A stretch of 57,109 nucleotides of DNA from Acetatifactor sp. (lineage in GTDB: Bacteria > Bacillota > Clostridia > Lachnospirales > Lachnospiraceae). Where the stretch lies: assembly GCA_045593865.1 (NCBI GenBank), contig JAZNXM010000140.1:1-57109 (forward strand), read 5' to 3'. This document shows, piece by piece, positions 36,796-47,036 of this stretch (the stretch's first letter is position 1; every line of letters starts with the position of its first letter). The notes beneath the pieces are model-generated. The model had not been told where the DNA came from, ran no database searches, and saw nothing but the letters and a program-made list of their open reading frames with translations. The position numbers and the translations under genes are program-made.

Positions 36796-37881
36796 ATGGA
36801 TAAGATTATTTTAACAGGCGACAGGCCCACAGGAAGACTTCATGTGGGACATTATGTAGGAAGCCTGAGAAGAAGAGTGGAATTGCAGAATTCCGGTGAA
36901 TATAAAAAGACATTTATTATGATTGCGGATGCCCAGGCTTTGACAGACAATTTTGAGAATCCGGAGAAGGTTCGGCAGAACATTATCGAGGTAGCACTGG
37001 ATTATCTGGCATGCGGATTGGATCCGGCAAAATCCACATTGTTCATTCAGTCGCAGATTTCAGAGTTGTGTGAGTTATCCTTTTATTATATGAATCTGGT
37101 TACCGTTTCCAGACTGCAGCGTAATCCCACGGTAAAGAATGAAATCCAGATGCGAAACTTTGAGGCCAGCATACCGGTAGGCTTCTTTGCTTATCCTATC
37201 AGTCAGGCAGCAGATATTACAGCCTTCAAGGCAACTACCGTTCCCGTTGGTGTGGATCAACTGCCCATGATCGAGCAGACCAGAGAAATTGTTCATAAGT
37301 TCAATACGATTTACAGTGAAGTGCTGGTTGAGCCGGAGGCACTGCTTCCTCAGAATGATGCATGTATGCGTTTGCCGGGTATTGACGGCAAGGCGAAGAT
37401 GAGTAAATCTCTGGGCAACAGTATCGATCTTGCAGACACCGCAGATGATGTCCGGAAGAAGGTTATGAGCATGTATACAGATCCTACCCATCTGCTGGTG
37501 TCCGATCCCGGCCATCTGGAAGGCAATACAGTATTTACATATCTGGATGCTTTCTGTAAGGAGGAACACTTCGGCAGATACCTTCCCGATTATGCGAACC
37601 TGGATGAATTGAAGGGGCATTACACCAGGGGCGGTTTGGGTGATGTTAAGGTAAAGAAATTTCTCAACAATGTTCTTCAGGAGGAGCTGGAACCCATCCG
37701 AACACGCAGAAAGATGTTTGAAAAGGATATTCCTGAGATTTACAATATTCTGAAGAAGGGCAGCGAGACTGCAAGAGAAACAGCAGCACAGACACTGGAC
37801 GAAGTAAAGAGTGCAATGCGCATTAATTACTTCGAGGATAAAGAATTGATTGAGGCACAGGCGGCGAAATATGAGATATAG
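36796..37881 (+). CDS. trpS: Tryptophan--tRNA ligase
   Basis: [21 protein letters not shown] and KMSKS motifs. Confidence 0.96.
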   Translation: MDKIILTGDRPTGRLHVGHYVGSLRRRVELQNSGEYKKTFIMIADAQALTDNFENPEKVRQNIIEVALDYLACGLDPAKSTLFIQSQISELCELSFYYMNLVTVSRLQRNPTVKNEIQMRNFEASIPVGFFAYPISQAADITAFKATTVPVGVDQLPMIEQTREIVHKFNTIYSEVLVEPEALLPQNDACMRLPGIDGKAKMSKSLGNSIDLADTADDVRKKVMSMYTDPTHLLVSDPGHLEGNTVFTYLDAFCKEEHFGRYLPDYANLDELKGHYTRGGLGDVKVKKFLNNVLQEELEPIRTRRKMFEKDIPEIYNILKKGSETARETAAQTLDEVKSAMRINYFEDKELIEAQAAKYEI

Positions 37882-38395
37882 TAACGAACGAAACATTAAA
37901 GAAAAAGATGATCCCGCGATTGTATTGATCGGAGGCTTGGCTTTTGTTATTTTTATAATGCTGTTTTGTATCCTTGTATGGAGTGTTACACACAGAGGCA
38001 GTAATGATATCAAGATTGATAGTTCTTCCGTTGTTGGTGTAACGGAATCAGGTTCTTCGAAGACGCCGGGCAGCTTGGATGTGGTGGCACCTGTTGAAAG
38101 CAGCTCGGGAGAAAACGATGAATTGTCAGGTGTGGATTATAATGATACCAGTAATGATATGGGGCTGAAATTTACTGGGGTTCAAGATGTGGTTACGGCA
38201 ATAGACGTGACCAATCTGCGCAGCGAACCGAGTACTGCTCAGGGGTCAGCTACAGTATTGGCAAAGCTTCGCAATGGCGAAACGGCGATTCGTATCGGTA
38301 AGGAGGATACTACCGGCTGGTCAAAGCTGGTGTATGATGGTCAGATCATGTATGCTTCTACCAATTATCTGATTGTCGTAAAGGAAGATGACTAA
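37871..38395 (+). CDS. Membrane-anchored bacterial SH3-domain protein
   Basis: TM segment and S/G linker, followed by NLRSEPST...GWSKL.Y.GQ..YAS..YL. Confidence 0.75.
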   Translation: MRYSNERNIKEKDDPAIVLIGGLAFVIFIMLFCILVWSVTHRGSNDIKIDSSSVVGVTESGSSKTPGSLDVVAPVESSSGENDELSGVDYNDTSNDMGLKFTGVQDVVTAIDVTNLRSEPSTAQGSATVLAKLRNGETAIRIGKEDTTGWSKLVYDGQIMYASTNYLIVVKEDD

Positions 38396-38462
38396 AATCT
38401 TCCTTGCTAATATTGTGTAAATGGACAGGAGTAGTAACAATAGGATTCCTATTTTGTAAGGG

Positions 38463-38510
38463 AAAGGTTTTGGAGAATTCAATTCATATTAAATTCTTCG
38501 AAGCCTTTTT
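38463..38510 (+). terminator. Rho-independent terminator
   Basis: AAAGGTTTTGGAGAATT...AATTCTTCGAAGCCTTTTT. Confidence 0.6.
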
Positions 38511-38612
38511 ATATTCTTCAACTTTTTGGGGCAATATATAAATATTGTATTTTGATAATTATTTAGGCAGCATTATTATGGTAATTGCTTTTATACAAGG
38601 AGGAAGATTGTT

Positions 38613-39635
38613 ATGGGTGGAATGATGCTTGGCAGAGCCAGTGTGAGTTATGATACGGCGGTGTTTATCCGAAACAGTGCCAGTGTGGTTGGTAAAAAGG
38701 AGGGAGAGGGTCCGCTGGGATTTTTGTTTGATTTTGTAGGGCAGGATGATATGTTTGGCTGCAATACCTGGGAGGAAGCAGAAAGTACATTGCAGAAGGA
38801 CGCAGTTTATACAGCTTTGAAGAAAGCGGATATGCAGCCGGAACAGATACGATACCTGTTGGCCGGGGATTTGCTGGGACAGTCTATGGCATCCTCCTTT
38901 GGACTTGCGGCATTCGGAATTCCGCTGCTTGGCTTGTACGGCGCGTGCTCTACCTGCGGAGAAGGCTTGCTGGTAGGAAGCCTGATCATTTCTGCCGGTT
39001 ATGGGGATACTGCTGTCTGCGTGACCTCCAGTCATTTTGCCAGTGCGGAGAAAGAGTTCCGCTATCCCCTGGAATATGGAAACCAGAGACCATTGTCCGC
39101 CAACTGGACGGTAACCGGCAGCGGAGCTTTTGTTCTGGCCAATGAAATCGGACCTGGTGCCAGAGCCAAGATTACCGGTATTACCGTAGGAACCATTACC
39201 GATTATGGTTTGAAGGATTCCATGAACATGGGTGCCTGTATGGCACCGGCTGCAGCGTCTACGCTGAAGCAGCACTTTGAGGACTTTGACAGACAGCCTG
39301 ACTATTATGACAAGATTATTACCGGCGACCTGGGAACCGTGGGAAGCAGAGCTTTGCAGGATCTTTTGAGGGATGTGGGCTATGATATTGCGCATAAGCA
39401 TATGGACTGCGGTATTGAGATTTATGACGCAAAAACCCAGGATACCCATGCAGGAGGCAGCGGCTGTGGATGCAGTGCGGTAACTTTGTCGGCTTATATC
39501 CTGAAGCAGTTGGAGGAGGGAATCTGGAAGCGTGTGCTTTTCGTGCCTACCGGGGCACTGCTCAGTAAGACCAGCTTTAATGAAGGGATGACCATACCGG
39601 GAATTGCCCATGGTGTAGTGATAGAAAGTATATAA
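38613..39635 (+). CDS. spoVAD: Stage V sporulation protein AD
   Basis: VGKKEGEGPL, AGDLL, GLYGACST, WTVTGSG, TGDLG, GGSGCGCS and IPGIAH motifs. Confidence 0.95.
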   Translation: MGGMMLGRASVSYDTAVFIRNSASVVGKKEGEGPLGFLFDFVGQDDMFGCNTWEEAESTLQKDAVYTALKKADMQPEQIRYLLAGDLLGQSMASSFGLAAFGIPLLGLYGACSTCGEGLLVGSLIISAGYGDTAVCVTSSHFASAEKEFRYPLEYGNQRPLSANWTVTGSGAFVLANEIGPGARAKITGITVGTITDYGLKDSMNMGACMAPAAASTLKQHFEDFDRQPDYYDKIITGDLGTVGSRALQDLLRDVGYDIAHKHMDCGIEIYDAKTQDTHAGGSGCGCSAVTLSAYILKQLEEGIWKRVLFVPTGALLSKTSFNEGMTIPGIAHGVVIESI

Positions 39636-39875
39636 GACATGAATGCACTGGGATTTGAAGATCGGGAGGTTAAGGCTTGCGGTCATTTATAAATATGTGA
39701 GCGGCAACCTTTTTGATAAGATTACGAAACAAACTACTTGCAATCAAGTGTTTATTCTAGTAAAATACTTCTATAGTTCTGTTGTACCTGCAGTCGTAAA
39801 TGCAAAATATGTGGCCGGACAACAGAATAAGAGATATGCAAGGCAGGGATTATGATGCGCAGGATGGAATTTAAG

Positions 39876-40103
39876 ATGGAGAGACCGGGGCTGCTTCAGA
39901 CCGGACAGAACATCACAGTGACGGAGGGTTTGCTTCCCAGTAACTATTATTATACCATTGATCCGTCCCTGGACATGTCAGGCAATATTCCCTTCCGTTA
40001 CCGGTTGAAATCAAAGGAGGGCAAAGTGGTCGATATTGTGGAAAACGCAAGAGGATTCTATGTGACAGTAGAATTTGATGAGCCCCAGGCAGAGGTAAGA
40101 TAG
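39876..40103 (+). CDS. Small hypothetical protein
   Basis: Plausible composition (MERPGLL...GFYVTVEFDEP). The start is uncertain (39852-39876). Confidence 0.6.
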   Translation: MERPGLLQTGQNITVTEGLLPSNYYYTIDPSLDMSGNIPFRYRLKSKEGKVVDIVENARGFYVTVEFDEPQAEVR

Positions 40104-40216
40104 AAGGACCATTCAGGACAAACAAGTTTTGTCGAACAACACATGACAGATGATTGCAAAACCCTTGGAAAGATTGCTCAGTCGCAAAATATTCCGAAAA
40201 GTTTTGCAAGCACCCA

Positions 40217-40274
40217 GACACATTAACGTAATTTCACAAGCAGGCTTGTGAAGTACAGGAAAGAGGTAGATATG
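40217..40274 (+). repeat. 58-bp hairpin+SD+ATG repeat, copy B
   Basis: 54/58 nt identical to 7499-7556. Confidence 0.9.
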
Positions 40275-40649
40275 TTAAATAAAGTCGCAACAGACAAGGC
40301 GCCGGCAGCAATCGGGCCATATTCTCAGGGAATTATCGCAGATAAAATTGTTTTTACATCCGGTCAGATTCCCCTTGATCCTGTAACCGGAACGATAATC
40401 GGTGAGACCATTGGCGAACAGGCAGAGCAGGTAATGGTAAACCTGGGAGCTATCTTAAATGAAGCCGGGGCAGATTATACAAAGGTGGTAAAGACCACTT
40501 GCTTCCTGGCTGATATGGGAGATTTCGCAGCATTCAATGAGGTTTATGCAAAGTATTTTACGCAGAAGCCTGCCAGAAGCTGTGTGGCAGTAAAGACACT
40601 TCCGAAAAACGTATTGTGTGAGGTAGAAGCGATCGCGTATCTGGGTTAA
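40272..40649 (+). CDS. ridA: RidA (YjgF/UK114) reactive-enamine deaminase
   Basis: APAAIGPYSQ, TSGQIP, VVKTTCFL..M.DF..FNEVY and PARSCVAV..LP motifs. Confidence 0.93.
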   Translation: MLNKVATDKAPAAIGPYSQGIIADKIVFTSGQIPLDPVTGTIIGETIGEQAEQVMVNLGAILNEAGADYTKVVKTTCFLADMGDFAAFNEVYAKYFTQKPARSCVAVKTLPKNVLCEVEAIAYLG

Positions 40650-40888
40650 TTGAACAAACAAGGGGGGAGGATATTTCTGTTACGGGAAATGCCTCTCTTT
40701 TGTGCTTCTTGCAGGTAAATACGGAAACGTTTGCAGACAGATTCCGGGATATGTCATGGTGTTTGCGGCAGTGATTTTGGCACAGCTGCCTGCAAAGTAA
40801 TTTGAAAAGAGGAAAGTCTGATACATATTTGAATCAACAGCGTAGATAATAATCCATAGTAGACTTTTGTAGGTATAAAGGAGGAAGT

Positions 40889-41245
40889 ATGGATTATATC
40901 AATGCATTCGTAGTTGGGGGATTAATCTGTGCACTGGTGCAGATTCTGATGGAAAAAACAAAGATGCTGCCCGGCAGGATTATGGTGCTGTTGGTGGTGC
41001 TGGGGGCGATTATCAGCTTTATGGGATGGTATGAACCCTTTATGGAATTTGCAGGTGCAGGCGCCGGTGTGCCATTGTTGGGCTTCGGAAATCTGTTGAT
41101 GAAAGGTGTGAAGGAAGCAGTGGATGAAAAGGGCTTTCTGGGGCTTTTCGCCGGTGGCTTCAAGGCGGGAGCCGTAGGCAGCAGCGCGGCATTAATCTTT
41201 GGCTATTTGGCCAGCTTAATATTTAAACCGAAGATGAAGAAATAA
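40889..41245 (+). CDS. spoVAE: SpoVAE (SpoVAEb-type)
   Basis: AFVVGG.IC...Q, FAGAGA.VPL.GFG and FGYL.SLIFKPK motifs. Confidence 0.88.
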   Translation: MDYINAFVVGGLICALVQILMEKTKMLPGRIMVLLVVLGAIISFMGWYEPFMEFAGAGAGVPLLGFGNLLMKGVKEAVDEKGFLGLFAGGFKAGAVGSSAALIFGYLASLIFKPKMKK

Positions 41246-41256
41246 AGAGGTAGATA

Positions 41257-43362
41257 ATGATCATTTGGTTATTGTATATGGGCATGTTGCTCTATTGGGA
41301 AGTAGTTTATCATATTGGCAGCTTTGGATGGGTGGTTTCCCAACCGTGGATTATGCTGGGACTGCTTTCTATTCTTGCATCTGTGCAGTCTATTATTACA
41401 GGCTGCGTGGATAAAAGGAATAAGAGGAGGATTTTTTGGATCTTTGCAATACCGGAATATCTGATATTTGCTGTGCAGACAGTATACTATACGATTTTCA
41501 GACAGCCCCTGCAGCTTCGGGCGATGATCATGGGGGGAGAGGATGCACTGACCAATTATTGGCGGGAGGCTTTGATGGGGATTCTGAAAGCTTTGCCTGT
41601 ATTAATGATTCTGGCGTTGCCTCTTGTGGCTGTAGGGGTAGCTTTTTATCATAAAAAATGGATGTTGCCAGTGTTTCAAAGTATCCAGAAGATCAGGCTG
41701 GTATTTGCCATGGGTATTTCTTTCCTGATATACTGGATGGCACTGGAATTTGGTGAGATTGCAGATGCAGACTATTATCATGAATACACAGAGTTCTATG
41801 ATCCTGCGATTGTGATGCAGAATATGGGCGTGATGGCTATGGTTCAGAGGGATATTACCTTTGAACTAGAAACGGTGGCGAACGAGATGTTTGTGGTACG
41901 TTCCTCTGAATCCGGTGAGTCGCAGAATGATGAAACCGAAGAGGGTGGTAAATTGGAGGGCAGCGGAGAAGCTGGAACGGAAGTATCTGGAGATGGCGGT
42001 GCGACTGGAAGCGATGGAGAAAACGAAGCTGGCGGTGCTGAGGATTCGGAGGAAACGGGGGAAAACCTTCCGGAATTTAACACCATCGAGCTGGATCTGG
42101 GAAAGCTGGCTGACCTTTCCGCAGGCGATAAAGAAAAAGAATGGCTGGCAGATTATATTGCGAATCTGGAGCCTACCAGAACCAATGAATACACCGGTAT
42201 GTTCAAGGATTACAACCTGATCTACATTACGGCAGAAGGTTTCTCTACCTATGCCATTCATGCAGAGCTGACGCCCACCCTATATAAGCTGGCAAATTCG
42301 GGCTTCGTGTTTGCCAACTATTATGTGCCGCTGTGGCAGACGAGCACCAGTGATGGAGAATATGTGAATCTGACCGGCCTGATTCCCGACGGACAGTTCA
42401 GTATGAGAAAAACCAAAGAAAATAACATGGCATATTCCCTGCCACGCTTCTTTTCAAAGGAAGGCTGTGTGAATCTGGCATATCATAACCACACCATGGA
42501 TTATTACGAACGGCACCTGACACACCCCAATCTGGGCTATTATTTCAAGGCAGCCAAGCTGGGTGACCTGTCAGAAGCGGAGTGGGGAGATAAAATTTTC
42601 TACATGGAGAATCCGGGCAGATGGCCGTCTTCTGACTTGGAGATGATACAATATACTGTGCCGGAATATATCCAGGCGGAGCAGTTCAATGTGTATTACA
42701 TGACCGTTTCCGGTCATATGTATTACAGCTTTACCGGTAACGGCATGTCTTCCAAGAACAAAGAAGCTGTAGCGGGGCTGGATATGTCTGAGAATGCGAG
42801 AGCATATATCGCCTGCCACATTGAGCTGGATAAGGCGCTGGGGTATCTGCTGAACGAGCTGAACAATGCCGGAAAGCTGGAAAATACAGTCATTGCCTTA
42901 AGTGCGGACCATTATCCTTACGCAATGACCGAGGAGCAGTATGAGGAGCTTGCCGGCAAAGATTTATCCAAGGACAGGGATACATACAGAAACAGCCTGA
43001 TCTTGTGGAATGGAGGTATGGAGGAGAGTGTTTTGGTTACCAAGCCATGCTGCAGCGTGGATGTGCTGCCTACACTGCTCAACCTGTTTGGATATGATTA
43101 TGATTCCAGAATATATGCCGGCAGGGATATTCTTTCGGATGCGGACGGACTGGTTATTTTCAATGACCGCAGCTTTGTGACAGATACCGTGGTTTACGAC
43201 CGCAAGAGTAAGACAACAACCTGGCGGAAGGAATTAAGTGAAGAAGAGAAGGAAAGCTACCTGAGTGCAGTGAAGCAGGAAGTGAAGGAGAGATACGAGT
43301 TCAGTGCATACATTTTGCGGGAGAATTATTATGATCTGTTGAAACAGTGCCAGATACAGTAA
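41257..43362 (+). CDS. LTA synthase / sulfatase-like membrane protein
   Basis: N-terminal TMs, acidic linker, NLIYITAEG, TSDGEY, MTVSGH, ADHYPY and DVLPTLLNLFG. Confidence 0.85.
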   Translation: MIIWLLYMGMLLYWEVVYHIGSFGWVVSQPWIMLGLLSILASVQSIITGCVDKRNKRRIFWIFAIPEYLIFAVQTVYYTIFRQPLQLRAMIMGGEDALTNYWREALMGILKALPVLMILALPLVAVGVAFYHKKWMLPVFQSIQKIRLVFAMGISFLIYWMALEFGEIADADYYHEYTEFYDPAIVMQNMGVMAMVQRDITFELETVANEMFVVRSSESGESQNDETEEGGKLEGSGEAGTEVSGDGGATGSDGENEAGGAEDSEETGENLPEFNTIELDLGKLADLSAGDKEKEWLADYIANLEPTRTNEYTGMFKDYNLIYITAEGFSTYAIHAELTPTLYKLANSGFVFANYYVPLWQTSTSDGEYVNLTGLIPDGQFSMRKTKENNMAYSLPRFFSKEGCVNLAYHNHTMDYYERHLTHPNLGYYFKAAKLGDLSEAEWGDKIFYMENPGRWPSSDLEMIQYTVPEYIQAEQFNVYYMTVSGHMYYSFTGNGMSSKNKEAVAGLDMSENARAYIACHIELDKALGYLLNELNNAGKLENTVIALSADHYPYAMTEEQYEELAGKDLSKDRDTYRNSLILWNGGMEESVLVTKPCCSVDVLPTLLNLFGYDYDSRIYAGRDILSDADGLVIFNDRSFVTDTVVYDRKSKTTTWRKELSEEEKESYLSAVKQEVKERYEFSAYILRENYYDLLKQCQIQ

Positions 43363-43366
43363 CAAA

Positions 43367-43410
43367 ATCCCTGAGAAGCTGTCAGTCAAGACGATTTCTC
43401 AGGGTTATTT
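43367..43410. terminator. Bidirectional terminator
   Basis: CCCTGAGAAG...TTTCTCAGGG flanked by A and T runs, between convergent genes. Confidence 0.65.
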
Positions 43411-43914
43411 TCACAATACTTCAAATGCAATCCCTTTACGGGATAAAAACTGCATCAGGGCTTTGTCCCAGATCTCATCGAGCTCTTTGCTCATGATAAA
43501 TGTATGGTAGGCACTTCCTGTGGTAAGCACAGTGTGGGAGCCATCGTACTTTATAGTGAGTACAAGAGCCTTTACTTGTTCAGAAGAAACACTGCAGCCG
43601 GCTGCGGCCAGAAGCTTGCCTACATTCTGGGGTTGAAGGTGCAGTATCAGCTTGAAGAACAAGGGTGTCTTCTTACCTTTAATTAGATTGAAGACAAAGG
43701 GCTTTAAGTCTTTCCACCGCACAAAGTCGTAAGGGCAGCATGCAGGGTTGGAAAGCTCCTCGGCAGTATAAAATTCCTTGTTCATATGACCATCAATCTG
43801 ATAGGTGTTGGCAGTGGATATGGTGGCTTGAGCAAGCAGGAAGTTTTCAAAGGTATCCGCAACCAGCAGATGGTTCATAAAGGATTTCATGGATGTAATC
43901 TGAAGTGCTAACAC
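43411..43914 (-). CDS. Conserved hypothetical protein (DUF5721-like)
   Basis: AAGGAGG precedes a GTG start; IDGH.N.EFY, LIKGKKTP..FK and F.MSKELD..WD motifs. Confidence 0.65.
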   Translation of the reverse strand: MLALQITSMKSFMNHLLVADTFENFLLAQATISTANTYQIDGHMNKEFYTAEELSNPACCPYDFVRWKDLKPFVFNLIKGKKTPLFFKLILHLQPQNVGKLLAAAGCSVSSEQVKALVLTIKYDGSHTVLTTGSAYHTFIMSKELDEIWDKALMQFLSRKGIAFEVL

Positions 43915-43925
43915 ATTGCGCCTCC

Positions 43926-44210
43926 TTAATTTATAATCTGCATGCCAATCCACAAGATAAGTGCAAGCTGTCCGAAGGAAATCAGCGGCATCCCCACCAC
44001 AAAATACCAGTGCTTGGTCTTATGGCGGAAATGATTCATGCCCAGAGTAGTGCCAAGGGCACCGCCAATCAAAGCAACAAAAAAGAGAGTAGCCTCCGGT
44101 ATGCGGTAAGCATTCCGGATGGCTCTCTTTTTATCGTTACCCATTATGATAAATCCAATCAGATTCATTATCAGATAGTATACAAGGAAAATCAGGGTAA
44201 AAGCTCTCAT
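43926..44210 (-). CDS. DUF1294 membrane protein
   Basis: DK.RA...YRIPE.TL...GG..G...GM..FRHKTKH motif. Confidence 0.85.
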   Translation of the reverse strand: MRAFTLIFLVYYLIMNLIGFIIMGNDKKRAIRNAYRIPEATLFFVALIGGALGTTLGMNHFRHKTKHWYFVVGMPLISFGQLALILWIGMQIIN

Positions 44211-45433
44211 TATTGGTTATTCTTTGCAGCCTCCTGCATTTTCATAGCGCGAACCTTGCAACTGAGACCATACAGATTGATAAAGCCTTCTGCATCGTGA
44301 TGATCATATAAATCACCGGTAGTGAAGGATGCGATGGATTCATTGTATAAAGAATAAGGAGAAGTAGTACCTGCTTTAATGATATTGCCCTTGTAAAGCT
44401 TGAATTTCACTTCACCGGTTACATATTCCTGTGTCTTTTCGATAAACGCCTGAATGGCTTCGCGCTTAGGGGTAAACCATTTGCCCTCGTAAACAACATC
44501 TGCAAACTTATTACCCATTTCTTTCTTTAAGGTATAAGTGTCACGGTCAAGAATCAGTTCCTCCAGCTGCTGGTGTGCTTCCATCAGGATGGTTCCGCCG
44601 GGAGTCTCATATACACCACGGGACTTCATGCCCACTACACGGTTTTCCACGATATCCACGATGCCTACACCATGCTTGCCGCCGAGAGCGTTCAATGTAT
44701 GAATAATGTCTGCAACCTTCATCTTCTGTCCGTTTACAGAGGTAGGAATACCCTTTTCGAAGGTTAATGTTACATATTCGCCTTCTTCAGGAGCTTTTTC
44801 CGGTGTGGTGCTGAGTACCAGCAGATGGTCGAAGTTGGGCTCGTTTGCAGGGTCTTCCAGCTCCAGGCCTTCGTGGCTGATATGCCAGATGTTACGGTCG
44901 CGGCTGTAAGAAGAATCTGCGGAGAAGGGAAGGTCGATGCCGTGTGCCTTGCAGTATTCGATTTCAGATTCACGGGAGTCCATGGTCCATTTATCATTTC
45001 TCCAAGCAGCGATAATCTTCAGATCGGGAGCCATAGCCTTGATGCCCAGTTCAAAACGAATCTGGTCGTTACCCTTACCGGTAGCACCATGGCAGATAGC
45101 AGTTGCATTTTCCTTGCGTGCGATCTCAACCAGCTTCTTGGCAATCAGGGGTCTTGCCATGGAAGTACCCAACAAATACTTGTTTTCATAGACTGCGTTA
45201 GCCTGTACGCAGGGTACGATATAGTCTTCACAGAATTCGTCCACTACATCCAGTATGTATAATTTTTCAGCACCGCAGAATTTTGCTCTTTCTTCCAATC
45301 CGTCCAGTTCTTCTGCCTGACCGCAGTCGATACATACGCAGACAACTTCGTAATCGAAATTTTCCTTTAACCAAGGAATGATAGCGGTAGTGTCAAGACC
45401 GCCGGAATACGCTAAGATAACCTTTTCTTTCAT
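44210..45433 (-). CDS. argG: Argininosuccinate synthase
   Basis: LAYSGGLDT, HGATGKGNDQ and KSRGVYETPGG. Start at MKEKV (45433). Confidence 0.97.
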   Translation of the reverse strand: MKEKVILAYSGGLDTTAIIPWLKENFDYEVVCVCIDCGQAEELDGLEERAKFCGAEKLYILDVVDEFCEDYIVPCVQANAVYENKYLLGTSMARPLIAKKLVEIARKENATAICHGATGKGNDQIRFELGIKAMAPDLKIIAAWRNDKWTMDSRESEIEYCKAHGIDLPFSADSSYSRDRNIWHISHEGLELEDPANEPNFDHLLVLSTTPEKAPEEGEYVTLTFEKGIPTSVNGQKMKVADIIHTLNALGGKHGVGIVDIVENRVVGMKSRGVYETPGGTILMEAHQQLEELILDRDTYTLKKEMGNKFADVVYEGKWFTPKREAIQAFIEKTQEYVTGEVKFKLYKGNIIKAGTTSPYSLYNESIASFTTGDLYDHHDAEGFINLYGLSCKVRAMKMQEAAKNNQ

Positions 45434-45677
45434 AATAGAATCCTTGCCTTTCAATAATATTTTATTATTTTGCATCGCGTCAGACAACAGTGCGTTGGGG
45501 AAACCGGCACCTGCGTGCCTGAGAGAGGATGTATTTTTCAATCTTCAACAACTATACACCATTTTTCCCGGGAATGCAAGTTCAAAACTTTTCGCAAATA
45601 TAACATGTGCAAATGTGTGTGTCAATAGGTTATATAGAGGGAGATTGTCATTTTCATAGAGAATATATACAATGCAG

Positions 45678-45760
45678 AAGAATAAATATGCATATTTACG
45701 CCAAAAATAAAAGTTGGCCGTATAAAAATACATATAATATTCACAAAAATGCATAAAATG
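45678..45760. promoter_or_regulatory. Putative ArgR (ARG) boxes in the argG/argC divergent region
   Basis: AAGAATAAATATGCATAT, CCGTATAAAAATACATAT and AATGCATAAAATGAAA resemble TGMAT-W4-ATKCA. Confidence 0.5.
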
Positions 45761-45855
45761 AAAAAAAGTAGTGGACTTTTATGCAAAAAGTGGTATGCTA
45801 TCAAGAAGAGTAGTTTAATTATAAAGAGATGAAACGTTTTCAATGGAGGCTGATT

Positions 45856-46914
45856 ATGATAAAAGCAGGTATTATCGGTTCAACCGGTTACGCCGGTGGA
45901 GAGCTGGTTCGTATTTTGATGAGTCATAAGGATGTGGAGATTAAATGGTACGGCTCTAGAAGTTACATAGACAAAAAATATTATCAGGTATACAGAAATA
46001 TGTTTGAGATTGTAGAGGACATCTGTAAGGATGACAATCTGACAGAACTGGCGAAGCAGGTGGATGTAATTTTCACAGCCACTCCCCAGGGATTCCTGGC
46101 AGGCATTTTGACAGAGGAGATTCTTAAGAAGGTCAAGATAGTCGATCTGTCTGCAGATTACCGGATTAAAGATGTAGCTGTCTATGAAAAATGGTACGGC
46201 ATCGAGCATAAGTCACCCCAGTTTATAGAGGAAGCTGTTTACGGTCTCTGCGAAATCAACAGAGATAAGATTACACCGAATACAAGATTGATTGCGAATC
46301 CGGGCTGTTATACAACCTGTTCTATTCTGACAGCGTATCCCTTGGTTAAAGAAGGACTGATTGATCCGAATACCTTGATCGTGGATGCGAAATCAGGTAC
46401 TTCCGGCGCGGGAAGAGGAGCAAAGGTGCCGAATCTGTATTGTGAGGTCAATGAGAGCATCAAGGCATACGGTGTGGCAAGTCACAGACATACCCCTGAA
46501 ATTGAAGAGCAGCTGGGTTATGCCTGCGGCAGTGAGGTGTTGCTGAACTTTACACCTCATCTGGTGCCTATGAACAGAGGTATTCTGGTAACGGAATACG
46601 CAAGCTTAAAGAAAAAGGCCGACGGAACGTATCCTGCATATGAAGAGGTAAAAGCAGTTTACGATAAATATTATGCTAGAGAGAAGTTCGTACGCGTGTT
46701 GGAGGAAGGTGAGTGTCCGGAGACCAAGTGGGTGGAAGGCAGCAATTACGTGGATGTGAATTTTGTGATTGATGAGCGAACCGGGCGTATTATCATGATG
46801 GGTGCACTTGACAATCTGGTAAAGGGCGCGGCAGGCCAAGCCGTGCAGAATATGAATCTGCTGTTTGGGTTTAAGGAGAGCGAAGGCTTGGAAATGGTAC
46901 CTTGCTTCCCTTAA
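45856..46914 (+). CDS. argC: N-acetyl-gamma-glutamyl-phosphate reductase
   Basis: G.TGYAG, IANPGCY, SGTSGAG and DNLVKGAAGQA motifs. Confidence 0.97.
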   Translation: MIKAGIIGSTGYAGGELVRILMSHKDVEIKWYGSRSYIDKKYYQVYRNMFEIVEDICKDDNLTELAKQVDVIFTATPQGFLAGILTEEILKKVKIVDLSADYRIKDVAVYEKWYGIEHKSPQFIEEAVYGLCEINRDKITPNTRLIANPGCYTTCSILTAYPLVKEGLIDPNTLIVDAKSGTSGAGRGAKVPNLYCEVNESIKAYGVASHRHTPEIEEQLGYACGSEVLLNFTPHLVPMNRGILVTEYASLKKKADGTYPAYEEVKAVYDKYYAREKFVRVLEEGECPETKWVEGSNYVDVNFVIDERTGRIIMMGALDNLVKGAAGQAVQNMNLLFGFKESEGLEMVPCFP

Positions 46915-47036
46915 CAGGCATTCTTTTATAAGCGTGACAGAAGAGGTTGTCTCATATTTCATTTACAAACCGGACGAAAAGCATCCTCAGAAATTATGTG
47001 TTGTGTGCAAGAGTACATAGGAGTATTTACATATAT

